From: a virus
Length of the DNA: 38,620 bases
Reading direction: 5' to 3' (one strand)
Virus record (IMG/VR): IMGVR_UViG_3300045988_133151
Location: 1 to 38,620 of that record
Part shown: in pieces, positions 1-7,776 of the stretch
How positions within the stretch are numbered: the first letter of the stretch is position 1
Layout: every line of letters begins with the position of its first letter
Program-made: the position numbers and the translations under genes
Notes under the pieces: generated by a model
The model's input: the letters and a program-made list of their open reading frames with translations, nothing else
Database searches by the model: none
Told to the model about the DNA's origin: nothing

Positions 1-82
1 CCTTGTTATTGAAAAATATTAAAAATTTGAAAACTTGGTATCCTGGCGAGAGAGATAAAAAAGAAATGAAATATTTCTTTCA

Positions 83-112
83 AAATTGTATTACATGACT
101 AATACAATTTTG
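83..112. other. Perfect 13-bp inverted repeat caaaattgtatta/taatacaattttg with a 6-nt loop
   Basis: Read directly from the sequence; the arms are exact reverse complements. No flanking U-tract on either strand. Confidence 0.5.
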
Positions 113-236
113 AAATACCAAACATCTCACAATAACAAATATAACATCAAATATAACATACTTCTTAACACAAAAATATCTCACAACAACAAACACAACA
201 CTAAACATACTTTTCAACACAAAACATCTAACATCT
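113..236 (+). repeat. G-free, CA-rich low-complexity tract with degenerate direct repeats (aacatctcacaaNaacaaa; atatctcacaacaacaaacacaacac)
   Basis: There are 124 consecutive nt without a single G on the + strand; ACA/CAA-rich with degenerate repeats. A T/G-rich stretch (530-640) is partly complementary to it. Confidence 0.6.
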
Positions 237-630
237 GAAACCTATAATCCCTTGTTACCAGACCACACAAAAAACTATCTATTTCTAATCATTATATTCA
301 AACTAAACCTTTGCCTAAAATCGCTTGTACGAGCTTTTAGCACACTTGGGTATATACAGATATAGGTAAGTCCTTCCTTGCTTCTCAGCGCGTTCTAATG
401 GCCTTATATGCGATATGATATTTAGTTGTACATTGTATACATATTCTTTGTTATTATCCTTATAATCTTTGTTGAAGTTGACGTTGTTTGTCAATATGTA
501 CAAGTGCGGCCTTGTGTTGTTGTGCATGTTGACTATCTATTGTGTTATCATTATACTTATAGTATTGTGATTGATGCGGCCTTTGGTTAATGTGTTGTAT
601 TTTGTTGTTGTATTTTGTGCAAGTTGGCTA

Positions 631-658
631 TTGCTTTTTGCCGCTAATCTGATATAAT
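631..658 (+). promoter_or_regulatory. Sigma-A-type promoter TTGCTT-N16-TGaTATAAT
   Basis: Putative -35 at 631-636 and extended -10 TGaTATAAT at 650-658. It overlaps copy 1 of the ttttgtgcaaNttg...attgctttttg repeat. Confidence 0.45.
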
Positions 659-659
659 G

Positions 660-894
660 GGTACTGTCGAAAGGGCAAGGGCGAAAGCCTTTGAATAAGT
701 AGGCGTGTACCTTGATAATTAAATAGAACGGTGCAAGGCTCTATCAGAGACTATGTAATTAAGGCTATCAGATAACACGGAAGCGCGGTTATTGGATAGC
801 TGGGATAGAGCCTTGCAAAATGGGAAAAAGATTTAATAGAGTATATTAAGTAATGTAATATATTGTATTAAGTCTTTATAAGGAGGTTATAACT
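660..894 (+). promoter_or_regulatory. Structured 5' leader of the 895 gene with a long-range 13-bp stem (737-749 pairs with 803-815)
   Basis: gcaaggctctatc at 737-749 and gatagagccttgc at 803-815 are exact reverse complements. An inner imperfect inverted repeat reads gctatcagataac/gttattggatagc. The leader lies between the promoter at 631-658 and the RBS at 878-884 and contains no ORF. Confidence 0.35.
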
Positions 895-1347
895 ATGTTT
901 ATAACAAGTATTGAATACGGTGCAAGCGTCTCTGGTGACGCAGGATGCAACAACGGCAACTATGATGTTCCGGTAACAATCAGATTCGACACGGGAATTG
1001 TGGCGCGAGTCCACACTTGCGCTTGCGGGAATGGATGCAGTAATTCATTCCCCGCGAACTGGTGCAAAGTGGGGATGGAGTTTCGGTCTATTTCTGACTT
1101 CTGGGAATGGACAAACTTCGGGGATAATGATTTCGGGCCTATCAGTGGTCCAGAAATAAACCGCTTGGAACGGCAGGAGCGCGGGGAATTGTTTTGGTTT
1201 GATTCTCTGTCCTGGGATGTTTACGGACGCTATTGCCGGAAAAAAATGCGCGGACGTGACATTTTGCATGTTATCCGTGCGCGGGAGCAAGTGGAAGATT
1301 GCCGCAAGGATGCTATTCATAACGTTATCTTAGAAATAAGCTATTGA
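895..1347 (+). CDS. Hypothetical protein (150 aa), Cys-rich N-terminal half
   Basis: ORF with a strong RBS (taaggagg) 7 nt upstream. Local GC content is higher than the window average. Confidence 0.6.
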   Translation: MFITSIEYGASVSGDAGCNNGNYDVPVTIRFDTGIVARVHTCACGNGCSNSFPANWCKVGMEFRSISDFWEWTNFGDNDFGPISGPEINRLERQERGELFWFDSLSWDVYGRYCRKKMRGRDILHVIRAREQVEDCRKDAIHNVILEISY

Positions 1348-1365
1348 GAAAGGAGATGGTTTTTA

Positions 1366-1509
1366 ATGAAAAATATCATTAAAAACTTTCGCGCTGATAA
1401 TAAAAAGTTGGCGGCAGAGCATCGGAAAACGATGCAGGAAGCAGAGAAAGCATTGCGGCAGATGAAGGCCGCAATGGATAAAATCGGAACAAGAAAGGAT
1501 GCTCGTTGA
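1366..1509 (+). CDS. Small hypothetical protein (47 aa), basic/helical
   Basis: ATG at 1366 lies 10 nt after the RBS gaaaggag. It falls below the ORF-track length cutoff. Read manually: MKNIIKNFRADNKKLAAEHRKTMQEAEKALRQMKAAMDKIGTRKDAR. Confidence 0.35.
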   Translation: MKNIIKNFRADNKKLAAEHRKTMQEAEKALRQMKAAMDKIGTRKDAR

Positions 1510-1602
1510 TGCAAGCTATTCATGTAGAGCGATATAAAACATATCTACCGCCACCGCGTCGCCAACTACGCTTTTATAGTGTTGGAGAAAGAAGGTATAT
1601 TT

Positions 1603-1938
1603 ATGACAAATATTGAAAAGGCTGTAAATGCCGCTTATGAAGAACTTCTCCACGTTCTGGACGGAGAGGCATACAATGCAGAGGAAGAAATGGAATACAC
1701 CCTAGGGGATTATTTGATGGATGCTTTAGACGTGGACTATCGCGTATCTTCTGGCGGGGAATGTATCGGTGTCCGCGCATGGGTGCAACTGGGCGGGCCT
1801 ACTGTGTGGATTGATACAGAGGACGCCACAATTAGGGGAGCGTGGGGAAATGACAGAGTAGCTATTCCGCTTCCTTATGACGCAGCACAGGAGATTCAGG
1901 AATGCGCATGGAATCTCCGTGGATGCTTTTTAGACTAA
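1603..1938 (+). CDS. Hypothetical protein (111 aa)
   Basis: The track ORF begins at 1579, but the RBS gaagg sits 7 nt before the ATG at 1603 (MTNIEK...). Confidence 0.55.
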   Translation: MTNIEKAVNAAYEELLHVLDGEAYNAEEEMEYTLGDYLMDALDVDYRVSSGGECIGVRAWVQLGGPTVWIDTEDATIRGAWGNDRVAIPLPYDAAQEIQECAWNLRGCFLD

Positions 1939-1958
1939 CTGAAAGGAGAATATTTGCC

Positions 1959-2105
1959 ATGAAAAAATATCTTGCAATCCTGCTACTGTCTTCCCTGTGT
2001 TTTGTTGCAGGGATTGCAGCAACTGTAGCGGAAGCAATGCCGGAACAATCGGCCGTTGTTAGTTATTTCAACGGGTTAATTGTAAAGGAATATTTCAATC
2101 CGTAA
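1959..2105 (+). CDS. Small hydrophobic/secreted peptide (48 aa; MKKYLAILLLSSLCFVAGIAA...)
   Basis: The RBS aaaggag sits 10 nt before the ATG at 1959. The N-terminus looks like a signal peptide or single TM helix. The track ORF 1902.. is an upstream extension that has no RBS. Confidence 0.45.
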   Translation: MKKYLAILLLSSLCFVAGIAATVAEAMPEQSAVVSYFNGLIVKEYFNP

Positions 2106-2212
2106 ATATCAACGCCTTTAGTCGTTGGGCTTATAACGACTAACCACTGCGTATCATAGCCACGCAAGGAATATGCCGATTACCTACAAGGCGGAAAGGA
2201 GGATATTTGACA

Positions 2213-2434
2213 ATGGCAAATGTCAAGAAGTCTGCAACGTTGGAAGTTGAAGACGTGTTTACCAAACAAGTAAACGCCAACTACAAGCGTTGCAAAGAAG
2301 CACGGGAGAAGGTCACAAAACAGCGGCAGGAAGAGCTAAAGCGCATGTATCGCAATAACAAACGTATTGCGGCATGGGGCATTGTGGGCTGTATAGCGGT
2401 TCTTGTTGCGGCCTATGCTATGTGGTTCATTTAA
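2213..2434 (+). CDS. Small protein with a C-terminal transmembrane anchor (73 aa)
   Basis: The RBS aaggagg sits 10 nt before the ATG at 2213; the track calls a TTG at 2207. The C-terminus IAAWGIVGCIAVLVAAYAMWFI is hydrophobic. Confidence 0.5.
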   Translation: MANVKKSATLEVEDVFTKQVNANYKRCKEAREKVTKQRQEELKRMYRNNKRIAAWGIVGCIAVLVAAYAMWFI

Positions 2435-2445
2435 GGGGGTTTGTT

Positions 2446-2748
2446 ATGAACAAGTATTTTGCCACAAGAAGCATCAATCGTCCCTGGAACATTGGGGACA
2501 CAAGAACGCTTATTTACTGCGATAATAACCGTGAATCTATTGCAACGGTTCACAAACGTTTTCCTGATGCTATGCCTGTTACTAGAGAACATGCTTTACA
2601 GCTAGTAAGACAGGAAAGAAGCATCTATCGGAACCACTACGGTTATAATCCAGAGTATCCAACCACGGCCTATATATACCCTTATTGGTGGGAGATGGGA
2701 CGAGCCATTGACGCAACGGATAGCACCGGGTGCATCATCATTATGTAA
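2446..2748 (+). CDS. Hypothetical protein (100 aa)
   Basis: The RBS aaggggg sits before the ATG at 2446 (MNKYFATRS...). The track start at 2374 overlaps the upstream gene and has no RBS. Confidence 0.5.
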   Translation: MNKYFATRSINRPWNIGDTRTLIYCDNNRESIATVHKRFPDAMPVTREHALQLVRQERSIYRNHYGYNPEYPTTAYIYPYWWEMGRAIDATDSTGCIIIM

Positions 2749-2763
2749 GGAGGATATTTTGCA

Positions 2764-3204
2764 ATGGGTACTATTAACTATGGAAGCAACTGCACCAATG
2801 AGGGCCTTCTCAATATTGGCCTTAATTTGAACCGGTTTCGTTCGCCTATAACAATTATGCGTCGCGCAGAGGTGATGCAAGAAATTGTTAATGATTATAA
2901 CGGCACCTGGTTTAAGGTAAACGTTGAACCTGGATACTATGAAGGCGCGTGGGTTTCCATTGAATGGGATGAAGACATACTCTTCTATAACGGGCCTTGG
3001 TCTTTGGAAGAGGTGCGCTCAGAAATAACGTACTTGAATACAATGCTTCAGCTTTTGGTTAATGTTGGGTGCGTGGAATATTGGCCAGGGTGGTGCATGG
3101 GATACAGTACGGCGGCAGAAACAAGAAAGGCCATTATAACCAACGTTGAGCGCCTGTGGGCATATTACAAGAAAACATATCAGGAGGATGAAGGGGATGA
3201 TTAA
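2764..3204 (+). CDS. Hypothetical protein (146 aa)
   Basis: The RBS taaggagg precedes the ATG at 2764. Confidence 0.55.
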   Translation: MGTINYGSNCTNEGLLNIGLNLNRFRSPITIMRRAEVMQEIVNDYNGTWFKVNVEPGYYEGAWVSIEWDEDILFYNGPWSLEEVRSEITYLNTMLQLLVNVGCVEYWPGWCMGYSTAAETRKAIITNVERLWAYYKKTYQEDEGDD

Positions 3205-3361
3205 CAAGAAGGATTTAGAAATTATCCTATCTATGGATAACGAGCTTGAACGGTTACGAATGTTTTTCAGTAAACGGCGCGACAGTCAGGCAGACAAGAA
3301 GGAATGGACAGCAGAAAGTAAGCTGTTTATTAACAAGGTTGAATCAAAGAAAGGGATATAA
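3197..3361 (+). CDS. Small hypothetical protein (54 aa)
   Basis: The ATG at 3197 follows gaagggg and overlaps the upstream stop (ATGA-type coupling). Confidence 0.4.
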   Translation: MINKKDLEIILSMDNELERLRMFFSKRRDSQADKKEWTAESKLFINKVESKKGI

Positions 3362-3366
3362 TTGTT

Positions 3367-3720
3367 ATGAAAAAGTATCTGGTGAACCCTTATGAAGACC
3401 ATTGGATAGAGTGTGACAGTGCAGAAAGTGCCGCGCAGGAGGTAATCGACCGTGTAGATGATTACTATTGGGACGATTTACTTGATGGCGTGTGGGGAGA
3501 AACTACAATATGCGGCCTTGAATATTGTACTTCTCGCGTTTTAAAAATAGCTGACGAAGTGGCTTATAGGTGCGGTAAAAATGATTGGTTAGATGGGGAA
3601 TATAGTGATATAGTATACAGTCTCGAAAGAATGGTAGACGGTGACAAAGAGGACTACTTTGGAATGACTGTCTGCTATGAAGAAGTATACGACGATGAAG
3701 AGGAGGAAGAAGATGAATGA
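3367..3720 (+). CDS. Hypothetical protein with a poly-acidic C-terminus (117 aa)
   Basis: ORF ending ...YDDEEEEEDE. Confidence 0.5.
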   Translation: MKKYLVNPYEDHWIECDSAESAAQEVIDRVDDYYWDDLLDGVWGETTICGLEYCTSRVLKIADEVAYRCGKNDWLDGEYSDIVYSLERMVDGDKEDYFGMTVCYEEVYDDEEEEEDE

Positions 3721-3859
3721 TATAATTCATTGGAAACTATACGCAGAGTGGTTAGACAACGGTAAGTTTTGTGCCGATTGTTTTATGAGCTATGATGAGC
3801 TATGGGACAGGTTGTTCAATCCTGAACTTGAGTTAATCACAATAATTGAGCGCAAGTAA
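3713..3859 (+). CDS. Small hypothetical protein (48 aa)
   Basis: The ATG at 3713 follows gaggaggaag and overlaps the upstream stop. Confidence 0.4.
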   Translation: MNDIIHWKLYAEWLDNGKFCADCFMSYDELWDRLFNPELELITIIERK

Positions 3860-3866
3860 TCATCAA

Positions 3867-3905
3867 ATATAAGCTAGGGTATTTTATCCTAGCTTATATT
3901 TTTAT
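3867..3905 (+). terminator. Rho-independent terminator (12-bp perfect stem atataagctagg/cctagcttatat, 9-nt loop, T-run)
   Basis: The stem is an exact reverse complement at 3867-3878 and 3888-3899, followed by ttttta. It lies just after the last gene of the upstream block. Confidence 0.65.
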
Positions 3906-4273
3906 ACTTATGTTTGTTATTGAATAGTATGGGAACCAGCAGGAGAAGCAGAAAAAATCTTGCACAAAAACAGTGGCGCTGACTTGTATAGTTTGTATAG
4001 AAAACGCTTCTAGCACTTTTTGAATATAGTTATAGCGGGGCAGTGTAAAAGCGCTTAGAGGCCATTCTCGCGGCAATTAGGACTATATACAGTTTGTAAT
4101 TGATTTTGAATACAGTGAGTTATAGAAGTGTTGTGCAAATTGTATAGTTTAGGAATGAAATTTTATATTATTTTGTGCAAATTTTATATAGACTTTTGGC
4201 GGCAAAAAGGCGTATAATAGGGGTACAACAAAGGAAGGGCAACGCCAAAAAGGTGTTGAAAGGTATGTTTGTT

Positions 4274-4468
4274 ATGAAAAAATATAAGGTTTATGACCTA
4301 TATGAAGGTAAGGATGTTGTAGGCTATGCCGATACATTGAATGAGGTGAAACGCCTTGCTAGGGAATGGTTTCGCGATACAGACGGTGAGTGTTGCATGG
4401 TATATGCAGAACTGAACCCCAAAACCAAAAAATATCGGTTTAGTCAATATAAGCCGGTAAAGTTTTAA
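4274..4468 (+). CDS. Small hypothetical protein (64 aa)
   Basis: The ATG at 4274 (MKKYKVYDLY...) lies 12 nt after gaaagg. It is the only plausible ORF in the 3860-5950 region. Confidence 0.4.
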   Translation: MKKYKVYDLYEGKDVVGYADTLNEVKRLAREWFRDTDGECCMVYAELNPKTKKYRFSQYKPVKF

Positions 4469-4480
4469 TTAGAAAATGGA

Positions 4481-4545
4481 ATAATCGAAACGGGGAACGT
4501 TCCCCGTCTGCCGTGGGGTAGCTTCCCGGCACTGACGAGATAGGC
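4481..4545 (+). ncRNA. Candidate type II hammerhead ribozyme (GAAA - stem III hairpin - UC cleavage site - stem I hairpin - CUGACGA)
   Basis: The full core is present in the correct order: GAAA at 4487-4490; stem III cggggaacgttccccg at 4491-4506; U16.1 at 4507 able to pair with A15.1 at 4490; C17 at 4508; stem I tgccg...cggca at 4509-4513/4527-4531; CUGACGA at 4532-4538; G10.1 at 4539 facing C11.1 at 4486. Stem II is only 3 bp (gat/atc) plus possible wobbles, which is the weak point. Confidence 0.35.
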
Positions 4546-4792
4546 TAGTGGGGCTTTTTCTTTTGTCTTTATATTTGTTAATAACAACTATATCAATCTG
4601 CATCTGGCACTATATAACACTGTCCAGCATCTTAAAACAAGGCGCTAAAATCGTCTGTACTGCGTTATAATGTATTGAGTAGGGTAGTTATAGCACTGGT
4701 GCAAAGTGGGCCTTGTGGCGCGTTCTGGAGGCCGTCAGGAGGTATTGTACAAATTGCATAAAAAAGCAAAATAATTTTGTGCAATTTGATTA

Positions 4793-4821
4793 TTGCTTTT
4801 TGTCCTGATTTTTGGTAAAAT
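4793..4821 (+). promoter_or_regulatory. Promoter TTGCTT-N17-TGgTAAAAT inside repeat copy 2, overlapped by an inverted repeat caaattgca/tgcaatttg (4750-4788)
   Basis: -35 at 4793-4798 and extended -10 at 4813-4821. No ORF follows for about 1.1 kb. Confidence 0.4.
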
Positions 4822-5176
4822 ACTTATAGAAAATAAGAAAGGGGGTAAAAAGAAAATAAGGGAGACTGCTTCACAGTGCAAGAGGCAGGGGTAGTTCTGA
4901 GAAAGCCTGGAAGTGAGTAGAGGGAAAGCGCGGGGAGGTTGGTATGATTTCCTAGTTGGTTAGTAGGTTTGACGCATTAATCTGTATCAATGCGCCAGCA
5001 AAAACCGATACTGCACCGCTCAGACCTGCGAGAATGGGCCTAGAAAAAATCCTAGCATTAAACAGGTCAAACTATACCGCTTTACAATGTGGGCCTTACA
5101 ACGCATTTTAGATAGGTCACAGAGGGTCTTGTGCAAAATAGTCAAAAAAATAATATAATTTTGTGCAACTTGCTAA

Positions 5177-5205
5177 TGGACAAGCAGGTAGATTTTTGAT
5201 AAAAT
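5177..5205 (+). promoter_or_regulatory. Promoter TGGACA-N17-TGaTAAAAT inside repeat copy 3
   Basis: -35 at 5177-5182 and extended -10 at 5197-5205. Confidence 0.4.
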
Positions 5206-5206
5206 T

Positions 5207-5301
5207 GTGCTAGGGTGGTTGACTTATACCCTTTTTTATGTTATTATAGCCTTGCAAATCAGGGACGGAAAAAACCGGTTTGATTGCAAGGCTTGTTTTT
5301 T
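5207..5301 (+). ncRNA. Candidate small RNA or attenuator: a promoter-proximal ~90-nt transcript ending at a strong terminator
   Basis: A putative transcription start near 5210 is followed by a small hairpin (agggt...accct) and then a 12-bp stem agccttgcaaatc/gattgcaaggct at 5248-5293 plus a T-run at 5296-5301. No ORF lies between the promoter and the terminator. Confidence 0.3.
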
Positions 5302-5319
5302 AAGAAAAATTTGTTATTG

Positions 5320-5650
5320 GTTAGCATAGTAACAAAAATATCTTTTGAGAACAAGTGTGAACCTTGAAAAATAGTGGTGGATTGCTAAACACCCAATAAA
5401 GTATAACTTTTATTGAAAAGTATGCAGTTGAAATGGTTCGATGGCAAATATTTTTTATTGAATGGCATTTTTTAAGTTCGATATTTGGTGATAAAAGATA
5501 TTTTTCGCTGGAGTTATTTGTTTTCGTGATAACAAATATTTGTTGTACAAAATGCACAAATTAGGTATTTGTCATTAACAAATATCTTTCAATGATTGAT
5601 ACTTGTTTTTGAAAAATGTTTGGTTTTGGCTGATATTTGTCATTGTCGAA
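5320..5650. promoter_or_regulatory. AT-rich cluster of palindromic ACAAATAT/ATATTTGT sites, including a perfect 14-bp palindrome aacaaatatttgtt near 5528
   Basis: At least 7 occurrences of the caaatat/atatttg half-site in both orientations (around 5335, 5445, 5480, 5493, 5528, 5565-5580, 5630). This looks like an operator array or origin. Confidence 0.4.
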
Positions 5651-5951
5651 TCGGGTTCGCGTTTGTGCGGATTATGCGTCGCCAATTTTTTCCCCAGGAA
5701 ATTCAAAAATTCCCCCAGATATATGTACGATATACATACATTCATACATCATATAGTGTATGATTAGTTAATGATTAGAATAATAATTATTGTATTTGTA
5801 GTCAGTGAATGTTGGCCTCGCGCACATTACGCGAAACTTAAAAAATCGCCCACAAGTATATAACAAAAACGCTGTAGCTCCCAAAATAACTGGTTAATTC
5901 AGCGCTTCATCGGAAGATGATAATATTACTATAATATAAGGAGACGATGCT

Positions 5952-6389
5952 ATGAAAATCGAAAACAAAGAACAGTTCAATGAATACATTGATACATTAA
6001 ACAGACGCGGTGCCAAATTTGATTTTGATTGCTGTGAAGTAATTCTATTAAATGACACAATACTTATGCGAGATAAAAGCACTGCGAAACGTTTTCTTGT
6101 GGATACACGAACGGGAGATTGCTTTTGGGTTTACAATGAAAATGAAGAAGTACACAAAGATAATGTGCTTTTAGAAAATGAAAGTGAGGCATGGGCAACG
6201 ATTGAAATTCGTCAAGCTTGCCTCAATTTGCCTAAATACAAAGCGGAAAAAGTAATGCGAGTGCTTGAAGATAAAGACGGTGATGGCATTGTTTTTACTC
6301 CACCTTCTGAAGTTGGGTATTGGGAAAAGTATTTAGATTGGCAAAAGCAAGTTATGTGTGGTGAAATGCCTTGCAATAGTACAAAATAA
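5952..6389 (+). CDS. Hypothetical protein (145 aa)
   Basis: The RBS taaggag precedes the ATG at 5952. The block 5950-10100 is AT-rich. Confidence 0.55.
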   Translation: MKIENKEQFNEYIDTLNRRGAKFDFDCCEVILLNDTILMRDKSTAKRFLVDTRTGDCFWVYNENEEVHKDNVLLENESEAWATIEIRQACLNLPKYKAEKVMRVLEDKDGDGIVFTPPSEVGYWEKYLDWQKQVMCGEMPCNSTK

Positions 6390-6428
6390 TTGCTTTGAAA
6401 AAATCAGCAATTTAATTCAAAGAAAGAC

Positions 6429-6457
6429 TTGACAATGCTATTTCGCTATGCTATAAT
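6429..6457 (+). promoter_or_regulatory. Promoter TTGACA-N17-TGcTATAAT
   Basis: Consensus -35 at 6429-6434 and extended -10 at 6449-6457, upstream of the 6487 gene. Confidence 0.55.
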
Positions 6458-6486
6458 AAACACATAAGCTGAAGGAGGTTTTTGCA

Positions 6487-6753
6487 ATGAACATCGAGCT
6501 GTACAAGAAATGGGCCGCAAAACTCTATACGGAAGATGAGCGGCAGAAGATAAAACAAGCAATGACGACGCTCAAGGAAAAGCTTGTGAAAAATCTTGGC
6601 TTGTTCTATGATGAAGCGGAAATGACCGAAGAAGAGCGTGTTGCCTACGCAGAGCATGAGGTTTTTCTGTTTTTGATTAAAGCTCTTGCTTTTGATATGT
6701 ACAAGAAGGGCGTAGCAGAAGCAGAAATTCTGGAAGTACAACGCAACTTATAG
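6487..6753 (+). CDS. Hypothetical protein (88 aa), helical/acidic
   Basis: The RBS gaaggagg precedes the ATG at 6487. Confidence 0.55.
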   Translation: MNIELYKKWAAKLYTEDERQKIKQAMTTLKEKLVKNLGLFYDEAEMTEEERVAYAEHEVFLFLIKALAFDMYKKGVAEAEILEVQRNL

Positions 6754-6766
6754 AATCCTTATGGGT

Positions 6767-7061
6767 GAGCCAGAAAATTTGATTTTATTTTTCTATTGAG
6801 AAAACAAGTCAAAAATCTTGTCGCCAAAACCCCCCCCTTCACGAGCCAGAAAATTCAAATCGAAAATCGAGGCTGAGATTCACAATTAGATTTGCTACCG
6901 CCAAAACCATCCCTTGGAAGGAATTGGAAAATTTGATTTTGTTTTTGAGTTTCGGATTTTGATTTGACTTTCTCGCCGCCAAAACTACCCCTATTAAATA
7001 AAAACAGAAAACTTGTTAATAAATGACAAAAATGCTTTGACGAGTCAGAAAATTTGATTTT
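6767..7061. repeat. Iteron-like array: four imperfect direct repeats (three with a 76-bp period, at 6767, 6843 and 6919, plus a fourth at 7042)
   Basis: Each unit begins (g)agccagaaaatttgatttt or a variant and ends with cgccaaaac(c/t)(a)cccc. A C7 run lies at 6831-6837. The array is non-coding and lies between the 6487 gene and the promoter at 7153. Confidence 0.6.
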
Positions 7062-7152
7062 AAAAACGAGTTTCCCGTTTTTATTTGTAGGAGTTTAGTT
7101 TCGATTGTAGCTTCGAGCGGACAAAGTTCTGAAAAATTTTTTCAAAAACCTA

Positions 7153-7181
7153 TTGACAAATCAAAGAAAATATGATACAAT
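7153..7181 (+). promoter_or_regulatory. Promoter TTGACA-N17-TGaTACAAT
   Basis: -35 at 7153-7158 and extended -10 at 7173-7181, upstream of the 7212 gene. Confidence 0.55.
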
Positions 7182-7211
7182 AGAAGCAGAAATTAAGAAA
7201 GGAGATTTTAA

Positions 7212-7718
7212 ATGCTAATTGAAACCACTGAAGATTTTAAAAGAGTGAAGAATGTAATTCTAAAAGGGGGCATCCAAACAATTACCCCTCATGCAGGTAC
7301 AAATATTAAAGTTCTAGCATACAAGGATGAAATGCTTTTCCTTGAAATTGAATCTGATTACAATAAAGAAGTTATTCTTAATCTAAAAACTGGAATGAAG
7401 TATTGGTTATCTACCGAAGCGGAAATTTTGATGAAAGAAGATTTGCTTAACATCCTTGACACAAAGCTTATGCCAAGAGAAAAAGCTCGTTTACTTTGTG
7501 CGGCAAGCAACCTTCCTCCAGAAGAACTGGGAAAAGCATTGAAGGAAGCAGAAAGCGTTCTTGTAGAAAAGAAAAAGAGAATAGATGATAACAATGATAA
7601 TGTATCATCTTTAGCATCTTTTGGTTTAAAAGATATGTATGACAAGTTGGTATCTGATTTAGACCAAGGCCCTGTTACTTATACTTTCGATGCAAAGATT
7701 ATGCCTACAAAGGAGTAA
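7212..7718 (+). CDS. Hypothetical protein (168 aa)
   Basis: The RBS gaaaggag precedes the ATG at 7212. A hairpin terminator-like structure follows (ttctgtccc...gggacagaa, 7727-7765). Confidence 0.55.
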   Translation: MLIETTEDFKRVKNVILKGGIQTITPHAGTNIKVLAYKDEMLFLEIESDYNKEVILNLKTGMKYWLSTEAEILMKEDLLNILDTKLMPREKARLLCAASNLPPEELGKALKEAESVLVEKKKRIDDNNDNVSSLASFGLKDMYDKLVSDLDQGPVTYTFDAKIMPTKE

Positions 7719-7776
7719 AAGTTTTTCTGTCCCGTGTTTTATATAATATATGGGACAGAAAATTTTAAAAAAGGGC

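Noticed and set aside
315-527. 70-aa ORF on the - strand inside the low-complexity leader region
   Set aside because: It has no RBS and an odd composition, and it lies between the CA-rich and GT-rich tracts. It is most likely a chance ORF in non-coding DNA.
1045-1320. 91-aa - strand ORF antisense to the 895-1347 gene
   Set aside because: It is fully embedded antisense in a + strand gene that has a strong RBS. It has no RBS of its own, and the whole window is + strand coded.
4880-4900. Second hammerhead-like CUGANGA motif (ctgagaa at about 4889)
   Set aside because: G8/A9 are not conserved (ctgagAA), and no GAAA/UH partners occur in the right arrangement.
6767-7061. Possible CRISPR array
   Set aside because: The units are about 76 bp with conserved sequence at both the head and the tail and variable middles. 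There is no short repeat/spacer alternation, and no cas genes or leader are nearby.
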